From Nitrospirota bacterium (lineage in GTDB: Bacteria > Nitrospirota > UBA9217): a stretch of DNA of 64,000 bases. The stretch's first letter is position 1. Each line of letters opens with the position of its first letter. A program made the translations under genes and the position numbers. The notes beneath the pieces were generated by a model. It did no database searches. It had not been told where the DNA came from and saw nothing but the letters and a program-made list of their open reading frames with translations. Below are positions 51,199-60,168 of this stretch, in pieces. The DNA is taken from NCBI GenBank assembly GCA_035516175.1, contig DATJAO010000027.1, positions 32,411 to 96,410 on the forward strand. Direction: 5' to 3'.

Positions 51199-52412
51199 AT
51201 CTTAAGGAAAAGGCGAAACATTCAGAAAAGAAACCAGGCGCCATCGGACCGGACATCGATCTTGCCGCATATTCCGTCCAGGCGGAAAAGCATGATGAGA
51301 TTCAACGATTAACAGGACTGACCGATGAAGTAAAAGAGCGGGCGGTGAGCGTAGGTATTGACGCCGATGACGCGTGCCGGGCAGGGTCGTTTTTTCAAAT
51401 GGACCATTCGGTCATACTCTCTTCAGCCTATCAAAGCGGCCTCGAGGTGATGAGCACTACGGAGGCGCTCAAGAAATACGAGTGGCTCAAGGACTACTGG
51501 TGGAAGGCCGTTGAGGTGGACGCGGACAAGTATACTGCCCAAGCCGAGCTGAATCAGCACCATGGCTACTTTTTGAGAGCGCTGCCAGGGGCAAAGGCGG
51601 AATTCCCCCTGCAGGCCTGTCTCTACATGACCCGGGAAGGGCTGGCGCAGAATGTGCACAACGTTATCATTGCGGAGGAGGGCTCAGAGCTCCATATTAT
51701 CACCGGCTGCACCACGGCGCAGCATGTAAAGTCCGGGCTCCATATTGGTGTCTCCGAGTTTTATATAAAGAAGAACGCAAAGGTCACCTTTACTATGATC
51801 CATAACTGGGCCGAGGACGTTGCGGTCCGGCCGAGGACCGGCACAATCGTGGAGGAAAACGGCGTCTTCATGAGCAACTATATCTGCATGAGGCCGGTAA
51901 GGACCCTCCAGATGTACCCCGCTGCATACTGTATCGGCGAGAATGCCACGGTAAGGTACAATACCATATTATTTGCGCCCGAGGGATCTAATATGGATGT
52001 AGGCTCCAAGGTCTTCCTGAGGGCCAGGGGAAGCAGGGCAGAGGTCATAGCAAGAGCCATAACGAAGGGAGGCGCTATCGTCACGAGGGGGAACCTGATC
52101 GGCGAGGTCCCCGGAATAAAGGCGCACCTGGAATGTCGGGGGCTCATCCTCTCCGAACGTGGATCGATCCTCGCGATTCCCGAGTTGGACGGCAGGGTGA
52201 ATGGCGTCGATATGTCCCATGAGGCAGCTGTCGGAAAGATCGCGGAGGAAGAGATACAGTATCTCATGGCGCGGGGACTGAGCGGCGACGAGGCAACGGC
52301 CGCCATCGTCAGGGGTTTCCTGGACATTGAGATAAAGGGACTCCCGGAACGTCTCAAGGGGGAGATAAAAAAGGCCATCAGATTGGGGGAAAAAGAGGAA
52401 CGCCTTTTCTGA
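51186..52412 (+). CDS. sufB: Fe-S scaffold SufB/SufBD (SmsB-type)
   Basis: PLQACL, QNVHN.IIAEEGS, HIGVSEFY, AHLECRGL, SHEAAVGKI, YLMARGL. Confidence 0.9.
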   Translation: MSKVNLKEKAKHSEKKPGAIGPDIDLAAYSVQAEKHDEIQRLTGLTDEVKERAVSVGIDADDACRAGSFFQMDHSVILSSAYQSGLEVMSTTEALKKYEWLKDYWWKAVEVDADKYTAQAELNQHHGYFLRALPGAKAEFPLQACLYMTREGLAQNVHNVIIAEEGSELHIITGCTTAQHVKSGLHIGVSEFYIKKNAKVTFTMIHNWAEDVAVRPRTGTIVEENGVFMSNYICMRPVRTLQMYPAAYCIGENATVRYNTILFAPEGSNMDVGSKVFLRARGSRAEVIARAITKGGAIVTRGNLIGEVPGIKAHLECRGLILSERGSILAIPELDGRVNGVDMSHEAAVGKIAEEEIQYLMARGLSGDEATAAIVRGFLDIEIKGLPERLKGEIKKAIRLGEKEERLF

Positions 52413-52631
52413 AGAATACTTGTAATTGGATACGAATAAACACAATATCCTCTGTAATAATAAGTGGTTTATTCTCATATCACCACCACCAGTCAAAAGA
52501 CAACCCTGATAGTGCGAATGAACTCGTAAATTGAGTGGGGGATTTCTTACCCGCGAGACAGTAGGTTCTCGAAAGAAACAGCCCTCAAGACTTTCCTCCT
52601 GCATTCGAAATTCAAACACACTCTATTCGAT

Positions 52632-52644
52632 AATCAAATAATTA
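52632..52644 (+). promoter_or_regulatory. IHF consensus binding site
   Basis: AATCAA-ATAA-TTA matches WATCAANNNNTTR; about 120 bp upstream of the sigma54 motif. Confidence 0.45.
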
Positions 52645-52759
52645 CCGTATTTCTATGGCCCCGCGTCATCTACTGTATCTTCCGCACTAATTATCACAAC
52701 CATCAGTATCATAACGCTTTTTCCTCACGCCTGTATCGCGATATCCCATGTCTATTATT

Positions 52760-52776
52760 CTGGCATGTTCAATGCA
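52760..52776 (+). promoter_or_regulatory. sigma54 (-24/-12) promoter candidate for the PP2C-vWA-FHA-kinase operon
   Basis: CTGGCATGTTCAATGCA: GG(52762-63)-N10-GC(52774-75), about 53 nt before ATG 52829. Confidence 0.65.
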
Positions 52777-52828
52777 GTTTAACGTTGCAGAAAGACGGAG
52801 TAGCTGATGGTAACCTGAGGAGCAGGCC

Positions 52829-53779
52829 ATGGGAGAGGGCTTGAAAAGCTGTCTGAAAAAAATCTTCTCAACTGCAGTCGAACAGCCTGGAAAGCCAGCA
52901 TCGGCGGTGGAAATGGCCCCCTTTAGCGCGGAAAAACCCAACGGAGACACCCGCGTGCTCCAGCCTGCATATACGCTGAGACTGAAACCTGAGCCCGAAC
53001 CTGCGGTGACTGCTTGCCAGGTAAACGCGAACCCGGCACCGTGTTCCACAGCGGAGGCGTCGCTTGTCTGGTGTGGACTCACGGACACAGGTCTGGTGAG
53101 GGACCACAATGAGGACTACTTCTCGTGTATGAGTTTCAGAGAAAGTACTTTGTTTGTTGTAGCCGACGGCATGGGTGGACACGATGCGGGCGAGGTCGCC
53201 AGCAGGCTGGCTGTGGAGACGGCATGCAAAGTGGTGCAAGATGGCGCGCAAGGAGAGTACGATCCTCAGAAACTGCTTGAGAAGGCCGTGCAGCGCGCGA
53301 ATACCGAGGTGATCCGGGAGGGGGAGAGCAAAGGTTCCAACATGGGTACAACGCTTACCCTGGCGCTCATGAGGCAGGACAGGGCGTACATCGCGAGCGT
53401 GGGTGACAGCCGGACATACTGGATCGAGAATGGCTCCATCAGACAGATCACGGAGGACCACTCACTCGTGGCGAAGCTCGTTTCCGCGGGAAAGCTGACG
53501 AGAGAAGAAGCAAGGAACCACCCGAAATCGAACCTGCTTTACCGTACGATCGGATCAGATGAAAACGTGAAAGTGGATACCTTCCAAGTGGACCTGAAAA
53601 GAGGAGGCAGTCTTCTGCTCTGCACCGACGGGCTCTGGGGAGAGGTGACTGATGAGGATATCCACAGTGTCTGTGTATCGGAGAGGGATCTGAAAGCAGC
53701 ATGCTCGAGGCTGATCCAGTTGGCAAATGAAAACGGCGGGAAGGACAACATTACGGCGGTCATGGTGAGGTTGGTATAG
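52829..53779 (+). CDS. PP2C/PPM-family Ser/Thr phosphatase (Stp1-like)
   Basis: TDTGLVRDHNED, VADGMGGHDAGEVAS, MGTT, VGDSR, LCTDGL, GGKDNITA. Confidence 0.96.
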   Translation: MGEGLKSCLKKIFSTAVEQPGKPASAVEMAPFSAEKPNGDTRVLQPAYTLRLKPEPEPAVTACQVNANPAPCSTAEASLVWCGLTDTGLVRDHNEDYFSCMSFRESTLFVVADGMGGHDAGEVASRLAVETACKVVQDGAQGEYDPQKLLEKAVQRANTEVIREGESKGSNMGTTLTLALMRQDRAYIASVGDSRTYWIENGSIRQITEDHSLVAKLVSAGKLTREEARNHPKSNLLYRTIGSDENVKVDTFQVDLKRGGSLLLCTDGLWGEVTDEDIHSVCVSERDLKAACSRLIQLANENGGKDNITAVMVRLV

Positions 53780-53824
53780 AAATTGGGCATAGTGCAAAGT
53801 GCAGAGTACGAAGAACCGAGAACT

Positions 53825-53852
53825 GAAAGCAGAAAGCAGAAAGCAGAAAGCA
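53825..53852 (+). repeat. Heptamer tandem repeat (GAAAGCA)x4
   Basis: Four exact copies between the PP2C and vWA genes. Confidence 0.9.
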
Positions 53853-53902
53853 AAGGGAAGTGCTCCATGCCTTATGCTGAATAAGAAAAGGAGGAACAGA
53901 CC

Positions 53903-55165
53903 ATGAAAGAAGACATCAAAATACGGTGCCTCATGAGCAAAGACGCGCTGCCGATCACTGAAACGGAGCAGGCCGTCTATGCCCTCGTGGACATCAAGGC
54001 TGAAAGTGGGACAATGTTCGGGATTGTACTGGCGAACTTTGGCTTAGTGCTTGACCGAAGCGGGTCCATGGACGGCGAGAAGATGGACAATCTGAAAGAG
54101 GCCGTGGGTTATGTGGCTGACCATCTGAGCGATCATGACCTCGTTTCGGTCACGATCTTTGATGACCAGGTGGAGACGCTCATTCCGAACCAGTCCGCGA
54201 AGAACCGCGAGGAGATCAAAAGCAGGCTCGCGAATGTGATCCCGCGCGGCGGCACACAGATCTCAGATGGGCTTAAGGCAGGGATCGATGAGGTAAAAAA
54301 GGGTTTTTCGAAGGAACGTGTGAATCATATACTCTTGCTTACGGACGGTCAGACGTGGGATGACGAGGACTCGTGCCTCAAGCTCGCAGATGAGGCGGGG
54401 AAGCAGGGAATAGCCATCACAAGCATCGGCATCGGAGATGACTGGAACGAGAAACTCCTCCTCCAGCTCGCAGAGCGCTCTCACGGCAACTCGCACTGGA
54501 TCCAGAATCCTATTTCCATCCTTGATGCGTTCCAAAAAGAGGTGGAGGGTATGCAATCCATCGCTGCCGTCAACCTCAAAGTAACCGCCCGCATGGGCCA
54601 GGGAGTAAGACCGGTCAAGGTGTACACCACGACCCCGATGATCGCAGACGTGAGCAAAAAGGCCGTGACCAAAAATAGCGTGGTTGCTGACCTTGGCTCT
54701 CTCGACGGAAAGAAGGGACAGGCAATGCTCATCGAGGCGCGCGTTGCTGCAAAAAAAGCAGGAAAGTTCCGGCTGGGGCAGGTGGAGGTCACTTATGACA
54801 TCCCGTCTCAGGGCATTAAGGGGCAGAGCGTTAAGGCAGATATGTTCGTCGATTTTGTTGCGGACGCGTCAGCCGCAACAAAAGTAAACGCCGAGGTGAT
54901 GAACCTCGTGGAGAAGGTGAGCGCATTCAAGCTTCAGACCAGGGCATTGAACGAGGCCGAGGCAGGCAACATCGCCGCAGCCACCCGGAAGCTCCAGTCA
55001 GCAGCGACGGTGCTCCTGAATATGGGTGAGGACGAACTGGCCGAGGCAGCGGAACGAGAGATCCTGTCACTCAAGAAGACAGGCACGCTTACCTCAGCAG
55101 GGACCAAGAAGCTGGAATACGGCACCCGAAAGTTGACGCAGGTGCTTACGGAAACGGTAAAGTAA
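53903..55165 (+). CDS. vWA domain protein (MIDAS intact) with C-terminal helical extension
   Basis: VLDRSGSM (DxSxS), GGTQI, LLLTDGQ; SD AAGGAGG. Confidence 0.92.
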   Translation: MKEDIKIRCLMSKDALPITETEQAVYALVDIKAESGTMFGIVLANFGLVLDRSGSMDGEKMDNLKEAVGYVADHLSDHDLVSVTIFDDQVETLIPNQSAKNREEIKSRLANVIPRGGTQISDGLKAGIDEVKKGFSKERVNHILLLTDGQTWDDEDSCLKLADEAGKQGIAITSIGIGDDWNEKLLLQLAERSHGNSHWIQNPISILDAFQKEVEGMQSIAAVNLKVTARMGQGVRPVKVYTTTPMIADVSKKAVTKNSVVADLGSLDGKKGQAMLIEARVAAKKAGKFRLGQVEVTYDIPSQGIKGQSVKADMFVDFVADASAATKVNAEVMNLVEKVSAFKLQTRALNEAEAGNIAAATRKLQSAATVLLNMGEDELAEAAEREILSLKKTGTLTSAGTKKLEYGTRKLTQVLTETVK

Positions 55166-55265
55166 AGGTGAAAGGGAAAGAGACAAGGGCAGGGTATGGA
55201 ATACCATCCGCCATTCGCGATGCACCATGCCTTATGCTCAACAATAAGACAAGGAGGATATTACC

Positions 55266-55709
55266 ATGAAATGCAAAGAATGTCAGATGGAAAACATTGA
55301 GGGTGCGCTCTTCTGCGAGGAGTGCGGAGCGAAGCTTGGAACAATGGGCGAACTTCAGGACAGTGCCGTTGAAATCAGCGGCGAAGCGACAAGCCTGGTT
55401 TTCAAGACCGCTGATGGAAACAAACTGGATATTCCTGCCAAGGAAGACGTGGTCATCGGCAGAGAAGATCCCATCAGCGAGGTGTTTCCCGATCTTGATC
55501 TGACGGACTTCGGTGGTGCCGAAAGCGGCGTGTCCCGCAAGCACGCGGTCATCCACCGCTCGGGTAACGTCTACACCATCGAGGATATGGGGTCCACGAA
55601 TGGAACGTACGTGAACAAGAAGCGCATCCAGCCCCATGTTCCACAGACCATCACGCCTGGCGATGAACTGAGGTTTGGTAAGCTGGCGTTATCGCTCCAG
55701 GCGGCGTGA
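55266..55709 (+). CDS. Zinc-ribbon + FHA domain protein
   Basis: CKEC...FCEECG; canonical FHA IGR, VSRKH, DMGSTNGTYVN. Confidence 0.93.
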   Translation: MKCKECQMENIEGALFCEECGAKLGTMGELQDSAVEISGEATSLVFKTADGNKLDIPAKEDVVIGREDPISEVFPDLDLTDFGGAESGVSRKHAVIHRSGNVYTIEDMGSTNGTYVNKKRIQPHVPQTITPGDELRFGKLALSLQAA

Positions 55710-55823
55710 TGTCAGTGCAGAATGCGGGATCCGGCGTGTGGAGCGGAAGGACGAATAACGAAAAAATCGATTCTCAGTCTGCACTCCGCACGTCCCGATC
55801 CTCACTTGAAAATGGAGGTTCCC

Positions 55824-58076
55824 ATGCCCAGACTATCTCATAAAATATTATTGTACAGTGCAGCGGGCGCACTCGGCGGATCAGCCGCCTGGGCTTTTGT
55901 CCTGTACGTGTCCGGCACAGCCGGGGGAGGGCTGCTCACGGAGGTCGTGCTTGGCGCTCTTGCGGGCATGTTCATTGGAGGTTTCATCTGGAGCCACGAA
56001 TCGATCACCGGCAGGCAGTTCCAGGCAGCTGTGAAGCGCGCGGTATACGGCGCAGCAGCAGGTATCGTAGGCGGGGCAGCAGGAGCGGCCCTGGGTAATA
56101 CGCTTTTCACTACCCTTGGAAGGATTGTGGTCGATGCCGGAGGATTTCGCGCATCCCTGGGAATCGCTCTCGCGGTCGGCTTGGGGTGGGCAGTGCTCGG
56201 CGCAGCAATCGGCATCAGCGGCGGCATTATGATTCGGTCCCTCGACCGTACCCTCTACGGTCTGGCCGGCGGTTCTATAGGAGGATTTCTCGGAGGCCTG
56301 CTCTTTACCGCTCTCTCGGCCACGAGCATCTGGTCGGCCCTGGCCGGGCTTGCGCTTTTAGGGCTGTCTATCGGAGCATTTATCAGCCTCGTTGAGGAGG
56401 CATTCGTATCAGCCAAGCTCAAGGTGATCAAGGGGCGACATCTCGGCAGGGAATTCCCCCTCCTCAAAGAGCAAAATGTCGTGGGTAGGGACGACCGATC
56501 CGATGTCTGTCTTTCGGGTGCGGAAGGTGTGGGTGTGCAGCACGCCTTGATCAAGCGGAAAAAAGGACGCTACTCCATCGTAGCCGACCAGAAGGGCAGG
56601 GTTGTATACGTGAACCATAAGCTGACGCGGACAGGAAGGCTTTCCGACGGAGACGTCATCCGTGTAGGGAGCATCATGCTGATGTTCTCTGCCGTGCGGA
56701 AGGCAGCCGCAGCGGCAATCATTTTTATTCTTCTCGGCGTGATCGGGTTGCAGGGAAACGCCGCATGGGCGAACGACGGCGCTTCCGTCCAGATCACCCA
56801 GTTCGATTTGAGTGCGTTTCCCAGGGTCAAAGCATACATTTCAATTCTCGATGCGGCAGGGAGGCCGATGCGCGGCCTCACGAAGGAAGACATGACGCTC
56901 GCGGAAAACGGCCATCCCATAAAAATCGCGGAGATGCAGATGTCCGGTACAGATGGCAAACGTGAGCCCCTTAGCTTTGCTATCGTGCTCGACCGGAGCG
57001 GCTCAATGACCGGCGACAAGATTATCCGCGCAAAGGAATCGGTAAACCGGTTCATCTCGCTCATGGAACATGGCGACCGGGCATCTCTCTTCGCGTTCAA
57101 CGACAAGGTGGTAATGCTAAAGTCCCTTACCGGCGACCAGGGCGACCTGACCAAGGCTGTTCAGTCAATTCAGCCCGGCGGGCACACAGCGCTCTTTGAT
57201 GGCATCGCAAGGGGGGTGGAATCGGTTCAGGGCATTTCCGGCAGGAGGGCCGTGATTGTGCTTACCGACGGCATCGCAAACCGAGGCGCATTGGACATCG
57301 GCCAAGCCATTGAGTCTGCGATGAAGACGAACGTATCCGTCTACGTCATAGGCCTCGGCGAAGACGTACGGACAGCACGGCTCGAGCGGATCGCCCGTGA
57401 AACAGGCGGTTCCTACTTCTTCACGCCTTCTGCCCAAGGTCTTGAAGAGATCTATGAGACCATCAGCAAAAGAATACGCAACGAATATGCCGTTGGCTAT
57501 ATTACGGATAAGCGGGGAGAATATCTCAGGAACGTGTCGATCACGCTCCGCTCTGGCCAAATGGCGGCACGCTCCTTTTTCCAGCCCCAGTCATCGCTCT
57601 TCGGTGCGGGGATGAGATTGCCGGGCTGGGCTTTCGCTGTACCATTCATGAGCATCGTAGGTCTTTTGGCTGTATCTTTCCGGCACTTGGAACGAAGCTA
57701 TCCGATCGGCCATTTGAGCCTTGTGCGTGGAAAAGGAACGAAACAAGAAATTGACGTTGACTCCGCCGTGACCATCGGTAGGGACGAGCGCAACACCCTT
57801 GGCCTCTTCAAGGACAGCGCGATCGCACAGCACCATGCCGACGTGGTACGGGAAGGAGGACGCTACATCATCGAAGACAAAGGGTCGGCTGCGGGCACGA
57901 TCGTGAACCAAGAAAAGATCACCGGCAGGCATGCGCTTGAAGACGGGGACATCATAGACATCGGCGGCACGAGGATCGTGTTCAACGAGGAAAGCCGCCG
58001 CGCCTGCGGCAGCTGCGGCAGTCCGGTGAGATCGAACGTGAAGTTCTGCCCAAAGTGCGGAGTAAAAGCAGCATAG
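55824..58076 (+). CDS. Multi-pass membrane protein: Gly-rich TMs - FHA - TM - vWA - TM - FHA - zinc ribbon
   Basis: Gly/Ala-rich helices; VVGRDD..QH FHA-like; hydrophobic segment ending AAWA; DRSGSM/LTDG vWA; TM; IGRDE..HH..VN FHA-like; CGSC..FCPKCG; SD GGAGG before ATG 55824. Confidence 0.85.
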   Translation: MPRLSHKILLYSAAGALGGSAAWAFVLYVSGTAGGGLLTEVVLGALAGMFIGGFIWSHESITGRQFQAAVKRAVYGAAAGIVGGAAGAALGNTLFTTLGRIVVDAGGFRASLGIALAVGLGWAVLGAAIGISGGIMIRSLDRTLYGLAGGSIGGFLGGLLFTALSATSIWSALAGLALLGLSIGAFISLVEEAFVSAKLKVIKGRHLGREFPLLKEQNVVGRDDRSDVCLSGAEGVGVQHALIKRKKGRYSIVADQKGRVVYVNHKLTRTGRLSDGDVIRVGSIMLMFSAVRKAAAAAIIFILLGVIGLQGNAAWANDGASVQITQFDLSAFPRVKAYISILDAAGRPMRGLTKEDMTLAENGHPIKIAEMQMSGTDGKREPLSFAIVLDRSGSMTGDKIIRAKESVNRFISLMEHGDRASLFAFNDKVVMLKSLTGDQGDLTKAVQSIQPGGHTALFDGIARGVESVQGISGRRAVIVLTDGIANRGALDIGQAIESAMKTNVSVYVIGLGEDVRTARLERIARETGGSYFFTPSAQGLEEIYETISKRIRNEYAVGYITDKRGEYLRNVSITLRSGQMAARSFFQPQSSLFGAGMRLPGWAFAVPFMSIVGLLAVSFRHLERSYPIGHLSLVRGKGTKQEIDVDSAVTIGRDERNTLGLFKDSAIAQHHADVVREGGRYIIEDKGSAAGTIVNQEKITGRHALEDGDIIDIGGTRIVFNEESRRACGSCGSPVRSNVKFCPKCGVKAA

Positions 58077-58131
58077 GGTCAGCGGTTCGGGGGTACTTAT
58101 CAAGGTGTAAGTTGCAGATACTTAATGCCCG

Positions 58132-59382
58132 GTGTCGGATACCATCCAACTTCCGGACCCTGACTTCTGGTCGCCAATCATGATTAGGCTTCTCAAAAAC
58201 AGGTATGAAATTCTTGAGATCCTCGGCCGGGGAGGTATGGGGCGCGTGTACAAAATTGCGGACCGGTTCCAGGGGGGAAAGATACTTGCAGCCAAGGAAC
58301 TCCTGGCGGGCAATCTTTCTGTCGAGAAAGCGAATGAAGCCCTCGCTCAGTTTCAGACCGAGGCGAGGATCCTGACGCGCCTCAAGCACCCTAACCTCCC
58401 GAAGGTCTACGACTACTTCAGCTTTCCCGGAAGGTATTACATCATCATGGAACATGTGAAGGGAATGACACTGGAGAAGATCCTTGAGGTCCGGAAGGGA
58501 AGGCCTGTGGATGAACGGCAGGCCCTGTCGTGGGCGCTTCAGATCTGTAAAACCATGCACTTTCTTGCCGTTCAGAAGCCTCCGGTGGTGTTCCGTGACC
58601 TCAAACCCGCGAACATCATGATTGACGGGAACGGCCGGGTAAAGCTCATCGATTTCGGCATTGCGCGGTTCTTCAAAGAGGCTAAGAACGAAGACACCTT
58701 CTTGTACGGCACGCCGGGGTACGCAGCGCCGGAGCAATATGGCACGGGCCAGACCGATGTCCGCTCGGACATCTTTTCCCTCGGCGCGACGTTGCACCAT
58801 TGCCTCACGGGCCGCAATCCTGCGGAGAACCCTCTCGATTTTCCCGATCCGAGGAGTCTGAACCCGAAGCTGAGCATGGGCACAGCGGAGATTATCAGGA
58901 AGGCCCTCCAGCAGGAAAGGGAGAAGCGGTTTCAGAGTGCACTTGAGATGAAACAGGCGGTCCAGCGCGTGCTTCTCGATACCGCCGCCGTGCCGAAAGG
59001 CGTGGGTAGGATTATTCTTGCTAAGGCGGGTAAGCCCATAAGACTTCCAGCATTCAGGAAGTTTTGCTGGGTCAGCGTGCCGGTCACGGCGTTGGGATGC
59101 AGCGGGACAACAGGAAGCCTTTCCACGGACGAACTCTGGATTCAGCCACGCCCAAAAATATTCGGCCCGGACGCGTCAAGCCTGCTGTTTCGTGTAGAGA
59201 ACAGGAAGCTCAAGCTTGGGAGGGAGTACCGCCCGGAAGTCACGGTTCAAACCGAAGAAGGAATCATGAAACCGGAGCTCCTGTTTAAGAAATCCTGGCC
59301 GTGGATTATTATCGAAGTGGCAGTGGTTGTTGCTTCTATTGTGGCTGCGGTGATAATGAGATGCGTTGGAGGCTTTCGTTAA
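58132..59382 (+). CDS. Hanks-type Ser/Thr protein kinase with C-terminal membrane anchor
   Basis: GRGGMGRVY, AAKE, FRDLKPAN, IDFG, GTPGYAAPEQ, SDIFSLG; hydrophobic tail; start may be 58180. Confidence 0.95.
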   Translation: MSDTIQLPDPDFWSPIMIRLLKNRYEILEILGRGGMGRVYKIADRFQGGKILAAKELLAGNLSVEKANEALAQFQTEARILTRLKHPNLPKVYDYFSFPGRYYIIMEHVKGMTLEKILEVRKGRPVDERQALSWALQICKTMHFLAVQKPPVVFRDLKPANIMIDGNGRVKLIDFGIARFFKEAKNEDTFLYGTPGYAAPEQYGTGQTDVRSDIFSLGATLHHCLTGRNPAENPLDFPDPRSLNPKLSMGTAEIIRKALQQEREKRFQSALEMKQAVQRVLLDTAAVPKGVGRIILAKAGKPIRLPAFRKFCWVSVPVTALGCSGTTGSLSTDELWIQPRPKIFGPDASSLLFRVENRKLKLGREYRPEVTVQTEEGIMKPELLFKKSWPWIIIEVAVVVASIVAAVIMRCVGGFR

Positions 59383-59622
59383 AAGCACGCGCAAGTAAAC
59401 GGTTTTTGATGGAAGAAAGCGTTTATGAGATTGTGCCGCTTATGCACCAAAATGCATCTTTTTTTGATTCCCTGTTAATATTAATAGATAATGATCTCAT
59501 CTTGTCAAACCTTTTTTGACAACGGGGGAATCCGTGTTATATTTATTATATAGGCAATTAATTAAAATAAGAAAGCATGATTAAATCGGATAATCATGAT
59601 TTCTAGGAAAGGAGCGCTTTGT

Positions 59623-59844
59623 ATGGTGATTCGCGTGATTTACCAAAATCAAAGGTATGATTTTGTCAAGGCTTCCCGCCTCGATGAGTTTATAGAGACC
59701 GGCGCGATTGCATCATTCCAGCGCCGGAGCGGGTGGGTGCGTGTAGGTATCGACCCGATAAGGTCAACAACAACAGATCCCTCCTATACCTATAAAGGCA
59801 AAGAACGCAGACAATCGCAGGAGGGGATGGCAGAAGCGGCATGA
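59623..59844 (+). CDS. GSU3473-family small protein
   Basis: MVIRVIYQN..YDFVK...LDEFI..G.IASF.R.SGWVRVG.DPIR. Confidence 0.8.
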   Translation: MVIRVIYQNQRYDFVKASRLDEFIETGAIASFQRRSGWVRVGIDPIRSTTTDPSYTYKGKERRQSQEGMAEAA

Positions 59845-60168
59845 AGTGATTGCCGGGTTCGGGTGTATCTCTAACATTCAGATCATTCCTGAAATCAAGG
59901 ATCCGGGAAGTAAGACAAGAGGAAGAAGGGTTTTTTGTCTGAAGGAAAACAATCGTAAGACGGTTGGTCACCTCAAATGTATCTTCCTAACCGTTAATAG
60001 TACTTTCCTATCCAGCATTTACCCAATTCTTAACATGCAAAAGCATTACTAATGTATCTGCCAACAAGTGATCTTCCCATGCTCTGTCACCAATCGGGTC
60101 AATCGCATCTGGATGAGCGCTTTATCATCTGCGCCGTAAAACCCTAAATCTCCAGGGTGGGTAGGATG

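Noticed and set aside
53825-53852. CRISPR-like repeat
   Set aside because: 7-nt units without spacers and no cas genes.
52829-59382. T6SS or T7SS accessory cluster (PppA/Fha/PpkA-like), or a bona fide TerY-P defence system
   Set aside because: No secretion-system core genes in the window. The vWA proteins are longer than TerY, and FHA/membrane components are added. A defence role is not excluded, but these labels are unsupported.
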